DNA of 64,000 bases from Lingula anatina (taxonomy: Eukaryota; Animalia; Brachiopoda), in assembly GCA_051362555.1 (NCBI GenBank), contig CM120649.1:10416001-10480000 (forward strand), in the 5' to 3' direction. Below, piece by piece: positions 37,080-52,000 of this stretch. The notes beneath the pieces were generated by a model, which did not search any database, was not told where the DNA came from, and saw only the letters and a list, made by a program, of their open reading frames with translations. Position 1 is the first letter of the stretch, and each line of letters opens with the position of its first letter. A program made the translations under genes and the position numbers.

Positions 37080-40000
37080 AAAAGAGACTGGGATAAGTTT
37101 ATCAGTTGACTGTGTCTAATGACTGTGTCCAATGAATTTGTATTTTTGGACAATATATTTGATAAAAACTTTAAATTATTTTGAAAAACAATGGCTTAAA
37201 AAAGTTAGGCGTTAATAATTTAGACAAATCTAGTCCAATGTTTGTGAAATTTGTACAAACGAGGCTTACAAACATTAAAAATCTGAGATAAGATTATCAG
37301 TAGACTGTATGTAATGAAAATGATTTTTCGGACAATATATTCAAGAAAACTGAACATTATGTTAAAAAGACTGGCGATTTTCATGGATACAAATAGCTGA
37401 ACATTAATAATTTTGAAAAATCTCAGATTGTTCAAATTTTTCTAAAATTTGAACAATCTGAGATAAGAGCTGCCTGTGTCTAATGAAACACAATCAATAT
37501 ATTCGAGAAAACCGAAAATTACATTGAAAAGAAAAGGTTTACCTGGAAAAAGGGCAAAGTCCATGACTTAAAATAGTTAAACGTTAATAATTTAAACAAA
37601 TCTGCTCCAATGTTTGTGAAATTTGTACAAATGATGCCTAATATCAGTAAAAATCTGAGATAAAATTATCAGTTGACTGTGTGTAATTAAAGTGATTTTT
37701 CAGACAATATATTTGAGAAAACCGAAAATTACGTTGAAAACATTGGCAAATTCCAAGGCTTAAAATAGTTAAACGTTAATAATTTTGACAAATATGGTTT
37801 AATATTTGTGAAATTTGAAAAAAAGTGCCTAAGAGCAATAAAAATCTGACATAAGCTTATCAGTTGACTACGTGTAATCAAAGTGACTTTTTGCACAATA
37901 TATTCCAGAAAATCCAAAATGACGTTGAAAACTTTGGCAAATTCCAAGGCTTAAAATAGTTAAACGTTAATAATTTTCACAAATCTGGTCACATGTTTGT
38001 GAAATTTGTACAAATGATGCCTAATAACAATAAAAATCTGAAATAAGCTTACCACTTCACTGTTTCTAATTTAAGTGTATTTTATTAGCAATTGATTCCA
38101 GAAGAGTGACAATTTATGAAAACAAATATTTCAATATTCCAATAAATCATTTTATCTCAAATAAAACATCAGATGTGATGACTTGTGTTTGTTTGTTTAG
38201 GAAGTGGCAAATTACCTATTATTGTCTTCTGAAAAGCAACATATACCCAATTAAGACTTCTCCTTACTACCAATACCAGATGCAGATTCCTCCTTATAGT
38301 GGGTTTCTGGAATGAGGTTGTTAGAACACCATTTCACCATGTCCTAGATCTTCCCACATATCATGTATTGTACACATGGATGAGACATAGCACTGCTCTT
38401 GATGTTGTCCTTCACTGCCTGTTTTTTCTATAGGCATTAACCATGGATAGACAGATTGAGTCCGTCAACCAAGAAGCCACCAGGCTGCAAGGAAATGTTT
38501 ACCTGGAAAAAGGGCAAAGTCCATGGCGTAATATAGTTAAACGTTAATAATTTTAACAAATCTGGTCCAATGTTTGTGAAATTTGTACAAATGATGCCTA
38601 ATATCAGTAAAAATCTGAGATAAAATTATCAGTTGACTATGTGTATTTAAAGTGATTTTTCAGACAATATATTTGAGAAAACCAAAAATTACGTTGAAAA
38701 CATTGGCAAATTCCAAGGCTTAAAATAGTTAAACGTTAATAATTTTGACAAATCTGGTCACATGTTTGTGAAATTTGTACAAATGATGCCTAATAACAAT
38801 AAAAATCTGAAATAAGCTTATCACTTCACTGTTTCTAATTTAAGTGTATTTTATTAGCAATTGATTCCAGAAGAGTGAGAATTTATGAAAACAAATATTT
38901 CAATATTCCAATAAATCATTTTATCTCAAATAAAACATCAGATGTGATGACTTGTGTTTGTTTGTTTGTTTGTGTAGAAAGTGGCAAATTACCTATTATT
39001 GTCTTCTGAAAAGCAACATATACCCAATCAAGACTTCTCCTTACTACCAATACCAGATGCAGATTCCTCCTTACAGTGGGTTCCTGGAATGAGGTTGTTA
39101 GAACACCATTTCACCATGTCCTAGATCTTCCCACATATCATGTATTGTACACATGGATGAGACATAGCACTGCTCTTGATGTTGTCTTTCACTGTCTGTT
39201 TTTTCTATAGGCATTAACCATGAATAGACAGATAGAGTCCGTCCACCAACAAGCCACCAGTCTGCAAGGAAAGGTTTACTTGGAAAAAGGGCAAAGTCCA
39301 TGACTTAAAATATTTAAACGTTAATAATTTTAACAAATCTGGTCCAATGTTTGTGAAATTTGTACAAATGATGCCTAATATCAGTAAAAATCTGAGATAA
39401 AATTATCAGTTGACTGCGTGTAATTAAAGTGATTTTTCAGACAATATATTTGAGAAAACCGAAAATTACGTTGAAAACATTGGCAAATTCCAAGGCTTAA
39501 AATAGTTAAACGTTAATAATTTTAACAAATCTGGTCATATGTTTGTGAAATTTGTACAAATGATGCCTAATAACAGTAAAATTTGAGATAAAATTATCAG
39601 TTGACTGTGTGTAATTAAAGTGACTTTTCAGACAATATATTCGAGAAAATCGAAAATGACGTTGAAAACTTTGGCAAATTCCAAGGCTTAAAATAGTTAA
39701 ACGTTAATGATTTTCACAAATCTGGTCATATGTTTGTGAAATTTGTACAAATGATGCCTAATAACAATAAAAATCTAAAATAAGCTTATCACTTCACTGT
39801 TTCTAATTTAAGTGTATTTTATTACCAATTGATTCCAGAAGAGTGAGAATTTATGAAAACAAATATTTCAATATTCCAATAAATCATTTTATCTCAAATA
39901 AAACATCAGATGTGATGACTTGTGTTTGTTTGTGTAGGAAGTGGCAAATTACCTATTATTGTCTTCTGAAAAGCAACATATACCCAATCAAGATTTCTCC

Positions 40001-43000
40001 TTACTACCAATACCAGATGCATATTCCTCCTTACAGTGGGTTTCTGGAATCAGGCTGTTAGAACACCATTTCACCATGTCCTAGATCTCCCACATATCAT
40101 GTATTGTACACATGGATGAGACATAGCACTGCTCTTGATGTTGTCCTTCACTGCCTGTTTTTTCTATAGGCATTAACCATGAATAGACAGATAGAGTCCG
40201 TCCACCAACAAGCCACCAGGCTGCAAGGAAAGGTTTACCTGCAAAAAGGGCAAAGTCCATGGCGTAAAATATTTAAACGTTAACAATTTTAACAAATCTG
40301 GTCCAATGTTTGTGAAATTTGTACAAATGATGCCTAATAAAAATAAAAATCTGACATAATCTAAGCAGTTGACTGTGTGAAATGAAAATGATTTTTCAGA
40401 CAATATATTCGAGAAACCTCAAAATTACGTTGAAAACACTGGCAAATTCTACGGCTTAAAATAGTTAAATGTTAATAATTTTGACAAATATAGTTTAATA
40501 TTTGTGAAATTTGAAAAAAAATTGCCTAAGAGCAATAAAAATCTGACATAAGCTTATCAGCTGACTACGTGTAATCAAAGTGACTTATTGCACAATATAT
40601 TCGAGAAAATCGAAAATGACGTTGAAAACTTTGGCAAATTCCAAGGCTTAAAATAGTTAAACGTTAATGATTTTCACAAATCTGGTCATATGTTTGTGAA
40701 ATTTGTACAAATGATGCCTAATAACAATAAAAATCTGAAATAAGCTTATCACTTCACTGTATCTAATTTAAGTGTATTTTATTAGCAATTGATTCCAGAA
40801 GAGTGAGAATTTATGAAAACAAATATTTCAATATTCTAATAAATCATTTTATCTCAAATAAAACATCAGATGTGATGACTTGTGTTTGTTTGTGTAGGAA
40901 GTGGCAAATTACCTATTATTGTCTTCTGAAAAGCAACATATACCCAATCAAGACTTCTCCGTACTACCAATACAAGATGCAGATTCCTCCTTACAGTGGG
41001 TTTCTGGAATGAGGCTGTTAGAACACCATTTCACCATGTCCTAGATCTCCCACATATCATGTATTGTACACATGGATGAGACATAGCACTGCTCTTGATG
41101 TTGTCTTTCACTGCCTGTTTTTTCTATAGGCATTAACCATGGATAGACAGATTGAGTCCGTCAACCAAGAAGCCACCAGGCTGCAAGGAAATGTTTACCT
41201 GGAAAAAGGGCAAAGTCCATGGCGTAAAATATTTAAACGTTAATAATTTTAACAAATCTGGTCCAATGTTTGTGAAATTTGTACAAATGATGCCTAATAT
41301 CAGTAGAAATCTGAGATAAAATTATCAGTTGACTGTGTGTAATTAAAGTGATTTTTCAGACAATATATTTGAGAAAACCGAAAATTACGTTGAAAACATT
41401 GGCAAATTCCAAGGCTTAAAATAGTTAAATGTTAATAATTTTAACAAATATGGTCATATGTTTGTGAAATTTGTACAAATGATGCCTAATAACAGTAAAA
41501 ATCTGAGATAAAATTATCAGTTGACTGTGTGTAATTAAAGTGACTTTTCAGACAATATATTCAAGAAAACCGAAAATGACGTTGAAAACATTGGCAAATT
41601 CCAAGGCTTAAAATAGTTAAACGTTAATAATTTTGACAAATCTGGTCATATGTTTGTGAAATTTGTACAAATGATGCCTAATAACAATAAAAATCTGAAA
41701 TAAGCTTATCACTTCACTGTTTCTAATTTAAGTGTATTTTATTAGCAATTGATTCCAGAAGAGTGAGAATTTATGAAAACAAATATTTCAATATTCCAAT
41801 AAATCATTTTATCTCAAATAAAACATCAGATGTGATGACTTGTGTTTGTTTGTGTAGGAAGTGGCAAATTACCTATTATTGTCTTCTGAAAAGCAACATA
41901 TACCCAATCAAGACTTCTCCTTACTACCAATACCAGATGCAGATTCCTCTTTACAGTGGGTTTCTGGAATCAGGCTGTTAGAACACCATTTCACCATGTC
42001 CTAGATCTTCCCACATATCAAGTATTGTACACATGGATGAGACATAGCACTGCTCTTGATGTTGTCTTTCACTGCCCGTTTTTTTTCTACACGCATTAAC
42101 CATGAATAGACAGATAGAGTCCGTCAACCAACAAGCCACCAGGCCGCAAGGAAAGTTTTACCTGGAAAAAGGGCAAAGTCCATGGCTTAAAATAGTTAAA
42201 CGTTAATAATTTTGACAAATCTGGTCATATGTTTGTGAAATTTGTACAAATGATGCTTAATAACAATAAAAATCTGAAATAAGTTGATCACTTCACTGTT
42301 TCTAATTTAAGTGTATTTTATTACCAATTGATTTTGGAAGAGTGAGAATTAATCAAAAGCAAATATTTTAATATTCCAATAAATCATTTTATCTCAAATA
42401 AAACATCAGATGTGATGACTTGTGTTTGTTTGTGTAGGAAGTGGCAAATTACCTATTATTGTCTTCTGAAAAGCAACATATACCCAACCAAGACTTCTCC
42501 TTACTACCAATACCAGATGCAGATTCCTCCTTACAGTGGGTTTCTGGAATCAGGCTGTTAGAACACCATTTCACCATGTCCTAGATCTCCCACATATCAT
42601 GTATTGTACACATGGATGAGACATAGCACTGCTCTTGATGTTGTCTTTCACTGCCTGTTTTTTCTATAGGCATTAACCATGAATAGACAGATAGAGTCCG
42701 TCCACCAACAAGCCACCAGGTTGCAAGAAAAGGTTTACCTGCAAAAAGGGCAAAGTCCATGGCGTAAAATATTTAAACGTTAATAATTTTAACAAATCTG
42801 GTCCAATGTTTGTGAAATTTGTACAAATGATGCCTAATAAAAATAAAAATCTGACATAATCTAAGCAGTTGACTGTGTGAAATGAAAATGATTTTTCAGA
42901 CAATATATTCGAGAAACCTCAAAATTACATTGAAAACATTGGTAAATTCCAAGGCTTAAAATAGTTAAACGTTAATAATTTTTACAAATCTGGTCATATG

Positions 43001-46000
43001 TTTGTGAAATTTGTACAAATGATGCCTAATAACAGTAAAAATCTGAGATAAAATTATCAGTTGACTGTGTGTAATTAAAGTGACTTTTCAGACAATATAT
43101 TCGAGAAAATGACGTTGAAAGCTTTGGCAAATTCCAAGGCTTAAAATAGTTAAACGTTAATAATTTTGACAAATCTGGTCCAATGTTTGTGAAATTTGTA
43201 CAAATGATGCCTAATATCAGTAAAAATCTGAGATAAAATTATCAGTTGACTGTGTGTAATTAAAGTGATTTTTCAGACAATATATTTGAGAAAACCGAAA
43301 ATTACGTTGAAAACAATGGCAAATTCCAAGGCTTAAAATAGTTAAACGTTAATAATTTTAACAAATATGGTCATATGTTTGTGAAATTTGTACAAATGAT
43401 GCCTAATAACAGTAAAAGTCTGAGATAAAATTATCAGTTGACTGTGTGTAATTAAAGTGACTTTTCAGACAATATATTCGAGAAAATCGAAAATGACGTT
43501 GAAAACTTTGGCAAATTCCAAGGCTTAAAATAGTTAAACGTTAATAATTTTGACAAATCTGGTCCAATGTTTGTCAAATGTGTACAAATGATGCCTAATA
43601 ACAATAAAAATCTGAAATAAGCTTATCACTTCACTGTTTCTAATTTAAGTGTATTTTATTAGCAATTGATTCCAGAAGAGTGAGAATTTATGAAAACAAA
43701 TATTTCAATATTCCAATAAATCATTTTATCTCAAAACAAACCATCAGATGTGATGACTTGTGTTTGTTTGTGTAGGAAGTGGCAAATTACCTATTATTGT
43801 CTTCTGAAAAGCAACATATACCCAATCAAGATTTCTCCTTACTACCAATACCAGATGCAGATTCCTCCTTACAGTGGGTTTCTGGAATCAGGCTGTTAGA
43901 ACACCATTTCACCATGTCCTAGATCTCCCACATATCATGTATTGTACACATGGATGAGACATAGCACTCCTCTTGATGTTGTCTTTCACTGCCTGTTTTT
44001 TCTATAGGCATTAACCATGAATAGACAGATAGAGTCCGTCCACCAACAAGCCACCAGGTTGCAAGAAAAGGTTTACCTGCAAAAAGGGCAAAGTCCATGG
44101 CGTAAAATATTTAAACGTTAATAATTTTAACAAATCTGGTCCAATGTTTGTGAAATTTGTACAAATGATGCCTAATAAAAATAAAAATCTGACATAATCT
44201 AAGCAGTTGACTGTGTGAAATGAAAATGATTTTTCAGACAATATATTCGAGAAACCTCAAAATTACATTGAAAACATTGGTAAATTCCAAGGCTTAAAAT
44301 AGTTAAACGTTAATAATTTTTACAAATCTGGTCATATGTTTGTGAAATTTGTACAAATGGTGCCTAATAACAGTAAAAATCTGAGATAAAATTATCAGTT
44401 GACTGTGTGTAATTAAAGTGACTTTTCAGACAATATATTCGAGAAAATGACGTTGAAAGCTTTGGCAAATTCCAAGGCTTAAAATAGTTAAACGTTAATA
44501 ATTTTGACAAATCTGGTCCAATGTTTGTGAAATTTGTACAAATGATGCCTAATATCAGTAAAAATCTGAGATAAAATTATCAGTTGACTGTGTGTAATTA
44601 AAGTGATTTTTCAGACAATATATTTGAGAAAACCGAAAATTACGTTGAAAACAATGGCAAATTCCAAGGCTTAAAATAGTTAAACGTTAATAATTTTAAC
44701 AAATATGGTCATATGTTTGTGAAATTTGTACAAATGATGCCTAATAACAGTAAAAGTCTGAGATAAAATTATCAGTTGACTGTGTGTAATTAAAGTGACT
44801 TTTCAGACAATATATTCGAGAAAATCGAAAATGACGTTGAAAACTTTGGCAAATTCCAAGGCTTAAAATAGTTAAACGTTAATAATTTTGACAAATCTGG
44901 TCCAATGTTTGTCAAATGTGTACAAATGATGCCTAATAACAATAAAAATCTGAAATAAGCTTATCACTTCACTGTTTCTAATTTAAGTGTATTTTATTAG
45001 CAATTGATTCCAGAAGAGTGAGAATTTATGAAAACAAATATTTCAATATTCCAATAAATCATTTTATCTCAAAACAAACCATCAGATGTGATGACTTGTG
45101 TTTGTTTGTGTAGGAAGTGGCAAATTACCTATTATTGTCTTCTGAAAAGCAACATATACCCAATCAAGATTTCTCCTTACTACCAATACCAGATGCAGAT
45201 TCCTCCTTACAGTGGGTTTCTGGAATCAGGCTGTTAGAACACCATTTCACCATGTCCTAGATCTCCCACATATCATGTATTGTACACATGGATGAGACAT
45301 AGCACTGCTCTTGATGTTGTCTTTCACTGCCTGTTTTTTCTATAGGCATTAACCATGAATAGACAGATAGAGTCCGTCCACCAACAAGCCACCAGGTTGC
45401 AAGGAAAGGTTTACCTGCAAAAAGGGCAAAGTCCATGGCGTAAAATATTTAAACGTTAATAATTTTAACAAATCTGGTCCAATGTTTGTGAAATTTGTAC
45501 AAATGATGCCTAATAAAAATAAAAATCTGACATAATCTAAGCAGTTGACTGTGTGAAATGAAAATGATTTTTCAGACAATATATTCGAGAAACCTCAAAA
45601 TTACTTTGAAAACATTGGTAAATTCCAAGGCTTAAAATAGTTAAACGTTAATAATTTTTAACAAATATGGTCATATGTTTGTGAAATTTGTACAAATGAT
45701 GCCTAATAACAGTAAAAGTCTGAGATAAAATTATCAGTTGACTGTGTGTAATTAAAGTGACTTTTCAGACAATATATTCGAGAAAATCGAAAATGACGTT
45801 GAAAACTTTGGCAAATTCCAAGGCTTAAAATAGTTAAACGTTAATAATTTTGACAAATCTGGTCCAATGTTTGTGAAATTTGTACAAATAATGCCTAATA
45901 TCAGTAAAAATCTGAGATAAAATTATCAGTTGACTGTGTTTAATTAAAGTGATTTTTCAGACAATATATTTGAGAAAACCGAAAATTACGTTGAAAACAT

Positions 46001-49000
46001 TGGCAAATTCCAAGGCTTAAAATAGTTAAACGTTAATAATTTTGACAAATCTGGTCCAATGTTTGTGAAATTTGTACAAATGATGCCTAATAACAATAAA
46101 AATCTGAAATAAGCTTACCACTTCACTGTTTCTAATTTAAGTGTATTTTATTAGCAATTGATTCCAGAAGAGTGAGAATTTATGAAAACAAATATTTCAA
46201 TATTCCAATAAATCATTTTATCTCAAAACAAACCATCAGATGTGATGACTTGTGTTTGTTTGTGTAGGAAGTGGCAAATTACCTATTATTGTCTTCTGAA
46301 AAGCAACATATACCCAATCAAGATTTCTCCTTACTACCAATACCAGATGCAGATTCCTCCTTACAGTGGGTTTCTGGAATCAGGCTGTTAGAACACCATT
46401 TCACCATGTCCTAGATCTCCCACATATCATGTATTGTACACATGGATGAGACATAGCACTGCTCTTGATGTTGTCTTTCACTGCCTGTTTTTTCTATAGG
46501 CATTAACCATGAATAGACAGATAGAGTCCGTCCACCAACAAGCCACCAGGTTGCAAGGAAAGGTTTACCTGCAAAAAGGGCAAAGTCCATGGCGTAAAAT
46601 ATTTAAACGTTAATAATTTTAACAAATCTGGTCCAATGTTTGTGAAATTTGTACAAATGATGCCTAATAAAAATAAAAATCTGACATAATCTAAGCAGTT
46701 GACTGTGTGAAATGAAAATGATTTTTCAGACAATATATTCGAGAAACCTCAAAATTACATTGAAAACATTGGTAAATTCCAAGGCTTAAAATAGTTAAAC
46801 GTTAATAATTTTAACAAATCTGGTCATATGTTTGTGAAATTTGTACAAATGATGCCTAATAACAGTAAAAATCTGAGATAAAATTATCAGTTGACTGTGT
46901 GTAATTAAAGTGACTTTTCAGACAATATATTCGAGAAAATGACGTTGAAAACTTTGGCAAATTCCAAGGCTTAAAATAGTTAAACGTTAATAATTTTGAC
47001 AAATCTGGTCCAATGTTTGTGAAATTTGTACAAATGATGCCTAATATCAGTAAAAATCTGAGATAAAATTATCAGTTGACTGTGTGTAATTAAAGTGATT
47101 TTTCAGACAATATATTTCAGAAAACCGAAAATTACGTTGAAAACATTGGCAAATTCCAAGGCTTAAAATAGTTAAACGTTAATAATTTTAACAAATATGG
47201 TCATATGTTTGTGAAATTTGTACAAATGATGCCTAATAACAGTAAAAATCTGAGATAAAATTATCAGTTGACTGTGTTTAATTAAAGTGATTTTTCAGAC
47301 AATATATTTGAGAAAACCGAAAATTACGTTGAAAACATTGGCAAATTCCAAGGCTTAAAATAGTTTAACGTTAATAATTTTGACAAATCTGGTCCAATGT
47401 TTGTGAAATTTGTACAAATGATGCCTAATAACAATAAAAATCTGAAATAAGCTTACCACTTCACTGTTTCTAATTTAAGTGTATTTTATTAGCAATTGAT
47501 TCCAGAAGAGTGAGAATTTATGAAAACAAATATTTCAATATTCCAATAAATCATTTTATCTCAAAACAAACCATCAGATGTGATGACTTGTGTTTGTTTG
47601 TGTAGGAAGTGGCAAATTACCTATTATTGTCTTCTGAAAAGCAACATATACCCAATCAAGATTTCTCCTTACTACCAATACCAGATGCAGATTCCTCCTT
47701 ACAGTGGGTTTCTGGAATCAGGCTGTTAGAACACCATTTCACCATGTCCTAGATCTCCCACATATCATGTATTGTACACATGGATGAGACATAGCACTGC
47801 TCTTGATGTTGTCTTTCACTGCCTGTTTTTTCTATAGGCATTAACCATGAATAGACAGATAGAGTCCGTCCACCAACAAGCCACCAGGTTGCAAGGAAAG
47901 GTTTACCTGCAAAAAGGGCAAAGTCCATGGCGTAAAATATTTAAACGTTAATAATTTTAACAAATCTGGTCCAATGTTTGTGAAATTTGTACAAATGATG
48001 CCTAATAAAAATAAAAATCTGACATAATCTAAGCAGTTGACTGTGTGAAATGAAAATGATTTTTCAGACAATATATTCGAGAAACCTCAAAATTACTTTG
48101 AAAACATTGGTAAATTCCAAGGCTTAAAATAGTTAAACGTTAATAATTTTAACAAATCTGGTCATATGTTTGTGAAATTTGTACAAATGATGCCTAATAA
48201 CAGTAAAAATCTGAGATAAAATTATCAGTTGACTGTGTGTAATTAAAGTGACTTTTCAGACAATATATTCGAGAAAATGACGTTGATAACTTTGGCAAAT
48301 TCCAAGGCTTAAAATAGTTAAACGTTAATAATTTTGACAAATCTGGTCCAATGTTTGTGAAATTTGTACAAATGATGCCTAATATCAGTAAAAATCTGAG
48401 ATAAAATTATCAGTTGACTGTGTGTAATTAAAGTGATTTTTCAGACAATATATTTCAGAAAACCGAAAATTACGTTGAAAACATTGGCAAATTCCAAGGC
48501 TTAAAATAGTTAAACGTTAATAATTTTAACAAATATGGTCATATGTTTGTGAAATTTGTACAAATGATGCCTAATAACAGTAAAAGTCTGAGATAAAATT
48601 ATCAGTTGACTGTGTGTAATTAAAGTGACTTTTCAGACAATATATTCGAGAAAATCGAAAATGACGTTGAAAACTTTGGCAAATTCCAAGGCTTAAAATA
48701 GTTAAACGTTAATAATTTTTAACAAATATGGTCATATGTTTGTGAAATTTGTACAAATGATGCCTAATAACAGTAAAAGTCTGAGATAAAATTATCAGTT
48801 GACTGTGTGTAATTAAAGTGACTTTTCAGACAATATATTCGAGAAAATCGAAAATGACGTTGAAAACTTTGGCAAATTCCAAGGCTTAAAATAGTTAAAC
48901 GTTAATAATTTTGACAAATCTGGTCCAATGTTTGTGAAATTTGTACAAATGATGCCTAATATCAGTAAAAATCTGAGATAAAATTATCAGTTGACTGTGT

Positions 49001-52000
49001 TTAATTAAAGTGATTTTTCAGACAATATATTTGAGAAAACCGAAAATTACGTTGAAAACATTGGCAAATTCCAAGGCTTAAAATAGTTAAACGTTAATAA
49101 TTTTGACAAATCTGGTCACATGTTTGTGAAATTTGTACAAATGATGCCTAATAACAATAAAAATCTGAAAAAAGCTTATCACTTCACTGTTTCTAATTTA
49201 AGTGTATTTTATTACCAATTGATTCCAGAAGAGTGAGAATTTATGAAAACAAATATTTCTATATTCCAATAAATCATTTTATCTCAAATAAAACATCAGA
49301 TGTGATGACTTGTGTTTGTTTGTGTAGGAAGTGGCAAATTACCTATTATTGTCTTCTAAAAAGCAACATATACCCAATCAAGACTTCTCCTTACTACCAA
49401 TACCAGATGCAGATTCCTCCTTACAGTGGGTTTCTGGAATCAGGCTGTTAGAACACCATTTCACCATGTCCTAGATCTTCCCACATATCAAGTATTGTAC
49501 ACATGGATGAGACATAGCACTGCTCTTGATGTTGTCTTTCACTGCCCGTTTTTTTTCTACACGCATTAACCATGAATAGACAGATAGAGTTTGTCAACCA
49601 ACAAGCCACCAGGCCGCAAGGAAAGTTTTACCTGGAAAAAGGGCAAAGTCCATGGCTTAAAATAGTTAAACGTTAATAATTTTGACAAATCTGGTCATAT
49701 GTTTGTGAAATTTGTACAAATGATGCCTAATAACAATAAAAATCTGAAATAAGTTGATCACTTCACTATTTCTAATTTAAGTGTATTTTATTACCAATTG
49801 ATTTTGGAAGAGTGAGAATTTATCAAAAGCAAATATTTTAATATTCCAATAAATCATTTTATCTCAAATAAAACATCAGATGTGATGACTTGTGTTTGTT
49901 TGTGTAGGAAGTGGCAAATTACCTATTATTGTCTTCTGAAAAGCAACATATACCCAACCAAGACTTCTCATTACTACCAATACCAGATGCAGATTCCTCC
50001 TAACAGTGGGTTTCTGGAATCAGGCTGTTAGAACACCATTTCACCATGTCCTAGATCTCCCACATATCATGTATTGTACACATGGATGAGACATAGCACT
50101 GCTCTTGATGTTGTCCTTCTCTGCCTGTTTTTTCTATAGGCATTAACCATGAATAGACAGATAGAGTCCATCCACCAACAAGCCACCAGGCTGCAAGGAA
50201 AGGTTTACCTGCAAAAAGGGCAAAGTCCATGGCGTAAAATATTTAAACGTTAATAATTTTAACAAATCTGGTCCAATGTTTGTGAAATTTGTACAAATGA
50301 TGCCTAATAAAAATAAAAATCTGACATAATCTAAGCAGTTGACTGTGTGAAATGAAAATGATTTTTCAGACCATATATTCGAGAAACCTCAAAATTACAT
50401 TGAAAACATTGGTAAATTCCAAGGCTTAAAATAGTTAAACGTTAATAATTTTAACAAATCTGGTCATATGTTTGTGAAATTTGTACAAATGATGCCTAAT
50501 AACAGTAAAAATCTGAGATAAAATTATCAGTTGACTGTGTGTAATTAAAGTGACTTTTCAGACAATATATTCGAGAAAATGACGTTGAAAACTTTGGCAA
50601 ATTCCAAGGCTTAAAATAGTTAAACGTTAATAATTTTGACAAATCTGGTCCAATGTTTGTGAAATTTGTACAAATGATGCCTAATATCAGTAAAAATCTG
50701 AGATAAAATTATCAGTTGACTGTGTGTAATTAAAGTGATTTTTCAGACAATATATTTGAGAAAACCGAAATTTACGTTGAAAACATTGGCAAATTCCAAG
50801 GCTTAAAATAGTTAAACGTTAATAATTTTAAGAAATCTGGTCATATGTTTGTGAAATTTGTACAAATGATGCCTAATAACAGTAAAAGTCTGAGATAAAA
50901 TTATCAGTTGACTGTGTGTAATTAAAGTGACTTTTCAGACAATATATTCTAGAAAATCGAAAATGACGTTGAAAACTTTGGCAAATTCCAAGGCTTAAAA
51001 TAGTTAAACGTTAATAATTTTGACAAATCTGGTCCAATGTTTGTGAAATTTGTACAAATAATGCCTAATATCAGTAAAAATCTGAGATAAAATTATCAGT
51101 TGACTGTGTTTAATTAAAGTGATTTTTCAGACAATATATTTGAGAAAACCGAAAATTACGTTGAAAACATTGGCAAATTCCAAGGCTTAAAATAGTTAAA
51201 CGTTAATAATTTTGACAAATCTGGTCCAATGTTTGTGAAATTTGTACAAATGATGCCTAATAACAATAAAAATCTGAAATAAGCTTATCACTTCACTGTT
51301 TCTAATTTAAGTGTATTTTATTACCAATTGATTCCAGAAGAGTGAGAATTTATGAAAACAAATATTTCAATATTCCAATAAATCATTTTATCTCAAAACA
51401 AACCATCAGATGTGATGACTTGTGTTTGTTTGTGTAGGAAGTGGCAAATTACCTATTATTGTCTTCTGAAAAGCAACATATACCCAATCAAGATTTCTCC
51501 TTACTACCAATACCAGATGCAGATTCCTCCTTACAGTGGGTTTCTGGAATCAGGCTGTTAGAACACCATTTCACCATGTCCTAGATCTCCCACATATCAT
51601 GTATTGTACACATGGATGAGACATAGCACTGCTCTTGATGTTGTCCTTCACTGCCTGTTTTTTCTATAGGCATTAACCATGAATAGACAGATAGAGTCCG
51701 TCCACCAACAAGCCACCAGGCTGCAAGGAAAGGTTTACCTGCAAAAAGGGCAAAGTCCATGGCGTAAAATATTTAAACGTTAATAATTTTAACAAATCTG
51801 GTCCAATGTTTGTGAAATTTGTACAAATGATGCCTAATAAAAATAAAAATCTGACATAATCTAAGCAGTTGACTGTGTGAAATGAAAATGATTTTTCAGA
51901 CAATATATTCGAGAAACCTCAAAATTACATTGAAAACATTGGTAAATTCCAAGGCTTAAAATAGTTAAACGTTAATAATTTTAACAAATATGGTCATATG

